Of a stretch of DNA of 64,000 nt, positions 56,736 to 64,000 are shown piece after piece. The notes under the pieces were generated by a model. The model was not told where the DNA came from. It ran no database searches and saw only the letters and a list, made by a program, of their open reading frames with translations. The number at the start of each line of letters is the position of its first letter. The first letter of the stretch is position 1. A program made the translations under genes and the position numbers. The stretch is from assembly GCF_006345805.1 (NCBI RefSeq), contig NC_043013.1, forward strand, positions 58,342,001 to 58,406,000. Direction: 5' to 3'. Source of the DNA: Octopus sinensis. Its lineage: Eukaryota.

Positions 56736-58063
56736 TCTTTACGATAATAACGAAATTTACAAGATATGAAATAGAAGGAAAATCTTGTAACCCAGAATAA
56801 ACAGCCTATTCAAACGGTTTTCATTAAGTTATCACCGTAATTTAGGTCACTTGACGTTATCATACAAAACGCATGCAGCACCACGGTAATAAAGATAATC
56901 CGGGAACCCAAACATGCTCTATTTGTGATCTTAATTTTTCTTTAAGTGGCCGAGTACACTTTCTAGCTTTGGTATGGATTTAATCTGACAGCGTTTAGAA
57001 ACATCTCGAACATCATTACAATATCCAGGTCACTATATTTCTAGTCAGTCTATTTTTAGACTCCTTAATAGACCTGATCATGTACGGTTTTTTAAAAACA
57101 TTTGTCACAACACTGCAGGAATGAAAAATAGAATTCTTTCAATCTCAGTCAATCTTGTTAGCAACATTATCTGTTTGATTAATTGCTTTATAGAGTCCCT
57201 CACTTATTGAGTAATTATTCCATCGTTTTGTTTTGATTCTTTTAGAGGTATCACACAAAATTATTCTTTCCTTTGTTTCATTTTAAGCTTCTGTTTTCAG
57301 AAAATCTTTTTCCATTCAACGAATAAATGATGTCACAATTGCATTTTCATCTCATTTTATTGAATCATTAAACTTTACTCCAGCCAGAACTTGCGGAACT
57401 CTATCATCTTTTATATCTCACAGTCAAAAGCAGTTAATTTGATTGGCCACAATATTGATGTAGCAATTGTTACTTTGAGAATCCCTCTTGAAGGATTCAA
57501 TAAAGACACTAAATGTATTCGTTCTGTTCCCGAGAAAAATGTCGCACTAATAAAATTGTAGAGCATTTTACATAATCCAGTCAATCACTGAGTCTTTTCG
57601 TTTTATATTAGAATAGTTACTCTCAGTGAAAAAAATTTCTACATATCGAAATAGCGCACGTGGCACTGAATGATAATACTAAATACTGTAGTAACTAAGA
57701 CTTCTTTTTTTTTATGAACAACACGTACATATTGGAAATCCAAACAGGTGTGGTTTTTCAATGTAAAAAGACGTGAAGCTGTGGTCGTAGGTTTAAAACC
57801 CCACAGATAATTTGAGGAATATTCTGAAAAACGATTCTACCAGCTCGCTGACTTTATTATTGGCTAATACTTTCTTTCAACGACCCCGAGTCGGGCAAAA
57901 TGGATGTCAGGGATATTTGAACTTAGTGTTTTAAACAAGCAGAAGAAATAAGTCATAGTATGTTTTCTGATGCGATTCGAAGGCGAATTTGATGTGAAAA
58001 GAATTAGAAATTAGAGACTCGGAAAAAATAGAAAAGTTAATTCTCATGGACATTGAAATGCCG

Positions 58064-58256
58064 CTGCCAATTAGTGAATATTAGTTTCAAATTTTTGCAC
58101 AAGGTCAGCTATTTCGGGTGAGAGATTACATCGATCCCACTCTTTACTTATTCTATCGACCCTGGAAGCATAAAAGGAAAAGTCGAACCCAGAGCGTAAA
58201 GATGGACTAAATACCGCGACGTATTTTGCCCGGCGTGCGAACAGTTCTGCCAGCTC
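58064..58256 (-). mobile_element. Decayed SINE (family of 63636)
   Basis: Ends in ...TTTTGCCCGGCGTGCGAACAGTTCTGCCAGCTC, the reverse complement of the SINE head. Confidence 0.75.
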
Positions 58257-58299
58257 TTTCTAATCGATCCGACAATATGGCGCATACTACTTTTACGAA

Positions 58300-58344
<45 letters not shown>

Positions 58345-58500
58345 AGACAACACTACTACTGCAAATATAACTACTACAACTACCACTGTCACAACTACCA
58401 CCACCACTACTTATCCAACTACGACCACTACTACTACAACCATAACTACCACCACTACTACCATCTTACCTACCACTGTCTCTGCTACTACTTACACCAA
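58300..58500 (+). repeat. Degenerate (ACT/ACC)n microsatellite
   Basis: Directly visible. Confidence 0.9.
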
Positions 58501-59542
58501 AGTACCGCAAATGCCACCACCACTATGATTATCAGTGATACTACTACTAGTGCTACTACCGTTTCTACTCCGACTCCATATTATCCAGTACTTATTCGTT
58601 AAGATGTTCCATTTCAGTCCTGGCTGAATCCATGTTAACCAGCCGAATAAAGGAAGATGCATTTCGGTCTCCGATATTTCCCAATTCTATCAATACAGTC
58701 CTGCATTACATTTATTCCTCTATCGTTATATAACAAGCATCACATTATTGCATCGGTACGAAACAGATGAAAAATTTTCTGCTGAAACCATTTAATCCTT
58801 CAGTCGGATCCTTTTGCGCAGAACTAGGAAGACGTTACAGACTTTCACAGCCATATTAGACAATCCCATAAACAAACAGCATCAATAAAATTTGACCAAC
58901 GTACGTATTATATGATGTTTCATGGATTTTCACCAAAATATCAGTTTTTGAGCGACATTAGATGTTCCTTATAAGCCAAAAATCAAGTGCTTTCTTTCTC
59001 TTGCCTGACCTGTCTGGAAGTTCCTTCAAATTATGAATGCACTGCAGTACCTTTTCATTCTAATCCGTATAAAAACATTATTTGACCCACAAAACTACCC
59101 ATTCCAGCTTAAACAAATGGTTCAGAACTTATTTCAGAATTACATGATTAGACTTATAAAGAAGCATCACCATTTTTTCCGAAACCATTTGGAGACGTGT
59201 TAGCTGTGGAAACGAATTGCAAAATATATCACAAATATTATTTCAGTCTTCATATGTTATTATGCAAACAAAAGTAAACCGCACTAACACAAAAACAAAA
59301 GAAAATCGTAATATTCAATGTGAGACAATTGTCCAGATATTCGAAAAATTTGATTGAAGAGAAAAATGAGGAAACATAATTTAAACATATTTTACAATCA
59401 TCTTCTGAGAATTTACGATAATCTTAAGCTATGGATCAGTTTGATTTATTTATAGGATTAACGTGCCAAAAAAATGAAAGTCTTCCAGTCCAAATAAGAA
59501 TCAGATAACGTATTCATACACGCATATATATACGCACATGCA

Positions 59543-59631
<89 letters not shown>

Positions 59632-59714
59632 AATTATGTCGTCATGTATAGCGCTTATATAATTATGTACATACATGCATATGTATGTTGAATATGGTTT
59701 CTGATAAACATATA

Positions 59715-59753
<39 letters not shown>

Positions 59754-60226
59754 GAGAAAATAAGAGAAGAGAGGGAGTTGGTGGAGATACTATGAAATAT
59801 TAATTTGAATGCAGTCTCTCTGACTGAGTGCGTTGAGATAAGATGGGAGAAATGCGCCGAAGAAGGCTAGAAGCAAGAATTGTTTAGATAACTAATGTGA
59901 ATAAGAGACATTTGCAGCTGTTTGTGAAACGAAGATGAAACAACGTTTTAAGGATTAACTATGAAAATAACAAAAGAGAACACAATAAGAAAGAAAGAAA
60001 GAGATTGGAAAGTGAGAGGGAAAATGCGAGAATAAATACGTGAGTGTACATGTGGTTGTGTATGTGCGTGTGCCTGTATGCATGTGTATGTGTGTGTGTG
60101 TGTGTGAGAAATATATATTTGAGAGGGTGAGTTATAAAAGGGAGACTGAGGAACACAAGAGAAGGAGGAGGAGATGTACGGAAATGAGTTACAGATTTAC
60201 ACAGGAGGAGCGTGACATAAAAGAGT

Positions 60227-60263
<37 letters not shown>

Positions 60264-61102
60264 TGGAAAGAAGAGCAATAGGGAAAAGGGTAGAGTAATA
60301 TACAAAAGATGGTTATATGTGAACGTAAATTTATGTATATATATATATATATATATATACATACATATATATTAGGGAGGGAAAGAAAGAAAGAAAAGGG
60401 AGATAGGAATATTTTGTATTCTATTTTATGTGTTTCGTGCTGTGAACTTTTATTTTACTTCAAGGTTACTTTTTCTTAGAAGTTACGGCGATAAAAGGAA
60501 CTTTCATGTCGTGCATTTATTTGGAATTCTAAGTTTATCGCAAAGAAGATGCAAAATTCTATTTGTTGGCGAATAAATTATATTCATTTATTTCATTTGA
60601 TATTATTTGCTGTTGCTGTTCTTTTTTTATTTTCCTTTAATCCATTTAATACAAGTAAACGAGGTACAGAATGTTAATTCATCCCTCAGAATTACCGAAG
60701 CAGAATGTAGTGTGTTATTGTTTTCGTAGTTGCTGTTGTTGTTGTTGATGCTTTTATTACCTAATTCTAATCCAACCTTCCCCTATCATCAAAGATAGAC
60801 CCGCCATAATCATGCAGCTATTTGTGTTGTTCTTCCCCTACAGAAAGTCGATGGACTATTCAACGCACATTTTTTCTCTTAATACAAAAAAGCGTATTTG
60901 ACTGCTATTTCTAGAAGATCAAGTCCAATATATAATCTTCCTTGTAGGTCATCATCATGTTCATTCTGGAAATGACAGATTGTTCGTTACAAACGACATC
61001 CTTTTACAGTTCTATATTTAAGAGATGAATTATGTACATTATTTACATTCGAACATCGAAAATTACCTTAGGAATGAGAACCCAGGTTCGAAATTTCCCC
61101 AA

Positions 61103-61148
61103 GACACCTGAAAATGGCTGGAGGGTATAACAGCCGAAATGCTGTGTT
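61103..61148 (+). ncRNA. Decayed minimal hammerhead-like motif
   Basis: GACAC-[CTGAAAA]-T-GGCTG-loop-CAGCC-GAAAT-GCT-GTGTT. Stems I and II are intact; the core (G8) and stem III are mutated. Confidence 0.45.
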
Positions 61149-61731
61149 AACAACAAACTAGATGAGGACAAATATTCGTCGAATATAAGTAATGTAAATA
61201 AGGCATTATTTTACTTCGAATATTTTACTCTTGTCGATGATGTTATTCAATAAGTGGTCAGCGCATGCCATCAAAGGGATACTTGGGTACAAATATACGA
61301 AACCCAATACGCCCATCATGACTACCCGTCTGATAAGAGTACAACAGGCACGTTCATTACAAACATATGTGCGCTACACGGTGATCTCATATTAAGATAA
61401 ACAGCGCAAGACCTTGCAGGTGGGTCCCACTTGAACTTTTACCAGATCGAGTAGCCCATCCCGCTCAAAAGGGCTGTTTGAGGATTCGGAACGAAATACC
61501 CATGTTTCCAGGGGTGAATAATTCAAACCACAAAGAATTTCTATCAACACATGGCTATGATGCTGCCCCACTACTTTTGCTCGGGAATAGAGATGCACAT
61601 ATCATCAGCCGTTAAGGAACTTGCCCAACTGGTCATATTCAAACAACTGACAAGCAAACCTGTGGTACTGATCAGAATATTTAACAAGATAAAATATGTA
61701 CATGGTAGCTCTTCCAATCACTTAAAAATAC

Positions 61732-61771
<40 letters not shown>

Positions 61772-63635
61772 GGTGGTGGTGGTGGTGGTGGTAGTAGCGT
61801 GCTCACTGCTAACATCGTTTACAATGCGTTCTTCAAAGGTTTTACACGATGAAATATATATTTCAACGAGCAACTGGGAGAAAGAATTCTTCATAAAAAT
61901 TGGTGTTTTCTTCTATATTGTTTAACAAAACAAATTAAATTAATTCTTTTATGAAAAGTTCATAAGCATCGTCAGCCTAACTACACACGAAAATGGCTTC
62001 AAATTATCGGTGTTATCCCCACAAAAATAAATTAATAAAACTCTGTAAAATAGACTTACTAACACATTTCACGAACAGAAAGCGATAATTTCGTAAATTC
62101 ATTGCGACGCAAAATATTAATGGTCTTACATCCAGTTTGAGTATTTTGTGTGGAAATATTTTACATGTATAGTTTACCACAGACGAAAATGCCATCCGTG
62201 TTAAAGATTGTTTGTAACGAAAACAAAAAAGTCCTTTTACAGAAAATACTAACACTTGCTTCTATTTTATCGACGACACAAACGCCGGGCTGCAGAAATC
62301 TATCAGAGAGAGTAAGAGATGAGTTACGAACTTGTGCTTTGTTAAGACAACAGTGTCTTTATTTTCTATCCAAGCTTGAAGTGGAAATAAACGTGATAGA
62401 TATTATAAATGAAAACTCTTATACTGGAGTAAAGAATGCTGTGTCGTACAGTATGTGTTCCTTTAAAGGTGAAGACGAGACTAAGTCACGTGATACATGA
62501 ACCGGTCACGCAGTTAAAGAGTATATCCACACTTGTAGGATATCTATCTTTCCACTCTGAAGGCGGAAGCTGGATCTACCCAATGTTTATATGCTTGTAT
62601 ATTTTTTTACCTACATCTGCCAAAATTATGAACTAATACTGAGACCCTAGAAACAGATGTCGGACCTGTACGCCATGCCATCTCCTCTTTAATTCTTTGT
62701 CTCTCTGTACGTTTGTGATCTGTCTAAGTTCAAATCATTTGAGTGCTCTTATGAGTTTTCTCTATCCAGCATATTTAGACCCCATTTGTTGTTGTGTGTG
62801 TGTGTATACAGACATGTATATATGCATGTATGTATATATGTTTATGTATGTAAAAAACTAATGATGACTCTCACTCTATTCCGGTGAGATGTAGCGCTGA
62901 AGTTTATTGTGAAAGGATACTGCGCTTCTTGAAAGATATTCTTGTGCGGACGTCTGTTATGAACACATTGCTAGAGTCAGATCAACGTCGCTAATGCATA
63001 GACTCGCTCATATCAACCTTAGTAAAAGAACATTACTGAGAAAGTTGTCGACTTTACTGCAGGGAAAAATCAATTTCTGCTGGGAATAGACAAATATGTA
63101 TTGACAGTGAAACTCAACAAATATCAAAATGTAATTCTTAGAAAATATAAACATAGATATGTAGACCAGCTTTCTGGCCTTACAGAAGACCTTCCCACTA
63201 AACAGTCATAACCCTAATGATGTGAAGAAATTTCTGATATTTATAGCATGTGAATTCCGTTTTAATTTAGTATTTATCAGATCTTAACTGTGAATGAACA
63301 TTCATTCATAGACCCGTATCTACATTTCTACTGTGCCTCATGTTTGTAATCAGCAGTGCCTTCTACATTATTAATTCCTATTAATTTTAGACCACCAACA
63401 CTAAAAGTAGAAACCCTATCATAATCGTCTTTGTGTAGAAATATATTCTGGAATATTTCTAGTGAAACGTGATGGTTACAGATAGCAGGAATTTGATTAT
63501 AAGTTTACTGGTTACAGATTGAAGTACGCTAAAGCAGCACAACACTTCATGCCCTGGTCCCCGGGTGTTGCATCATTGACAGACAATATATAGTTGATTG
63601 ACTAAATAATGTAATACATTAAGTCCATCAAAGTT

Positions 63636-63862
63636 GCGAGCTGGCAGAATCGTTAGCACGCCGGCCGAAATGCTTAGACGTATTTCGTTTGCCGTTACGT
63701 TCTGAGTTCAAATTCCGCCGAGGTCGCCTTTGCCTTTCATTCCTTCGGGGTCAATTAAATAAGTACCAGTTACGCACTGGGGTCGATATAGTCGACTTAA
63801 TCCGTCTGTCTGTCCATGTTTGACCTCTCTGTGTTTAGTCCCTTGTGGGTAGTAAAGAAATA
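63636..63862 (+). mobile_element. tRNA-derived SINE, best-preserved copy
   Basis: A-box-like TGGCAGAATCG at 63642 and B-box GAGTTCAAATTCC at 63704; homologous decayed copies at 6756, 56400 and 58064. Confidence 0.88.
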
Positions 63863-63990
63863 GGTATTTCGTCTGTCTTTACTTTCTGAGTTCAAATTCC
63901 GCCGAGGTTTGCTTTGCTTTTCATCATTTCAGAATCGAGAAATTAAGTACCAGTTGCGTACTGGGGTCGATTTAATCGACTGCCCCCTCC
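63863..63990 (+). mobile_element. Second, 5'-truncated copy of the same SINE in tandem
   Basis: Repeats GGTATTTCGTC...TTCTGAGTTCAAATTCCGCCGAGG...CTGGGGTCGAT. Confidence 0.85.
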
Positions 63991-64000
63991 CCCAAAATTT

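Noticed and set aside
56900-57560. Possible decayed transposase on the minus strand
   Set aside because: No catalytic or family motif that I can identify.
58226-58528. Thr-rich mucin-like ORF
   Set aside because: (ACT/ACC)n microsatellite whose 5' part lies in an antisense SINE head.
62150-62500. 116-aa ORF of normal composition
   Set aside because: No recognisable domain; may be a repeat remnant; needs a homology search.
63636-63720. tRNA gene
   Set aside because: A and B boxes are present but there is no cloverleaf; it is a SINE head repeated in the window.

Overview
AT-rich, microsatellite-dense animal genomic DNA with no host protein-coding exon that I can support. The tRNA-derived SINE families and LINE types resemble those I know from Octopus (an inference from repeat content, not a database match). 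Almost all recognisable content is mobile-element derived. (i) A CR1/L2-type LINE has an uninterrupted 824-codon APE+RT frame running off the left edge, which the ORF track misses. (ii) A decayed Tc1 transposon retains its TIRs. (iii) Several R4/Dong-clade fragments sit in or next to (TAA)n arrays. (iv) Also present are a GC-richer CR1-type LINE, an L1/Tx1 remnant, RTE remnants and SINEs. A 6.4-kb direct duplication flanking a 100-N gap (20.8-33.6 kb) is probably an assembly artefact. The most interesting signal is a set of type I hammerhead-ribozyme motifs with palindromic stem III, of the kind known from Penelope-like elements and retrozymes. The best one lies in a ~589-bp unit with a ~50-bp terminal redundancy inserted in (TA)n at 55.3-56.0 kb. 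The 48.9-55.1 kb block also shows local amplification and fold-back inversion of a ~300-bp LINE tail, whose 3' stem-loops are shared, with covariation, by a local SINE family. Most ORF-track entries are microsatellite translations and were rejected.
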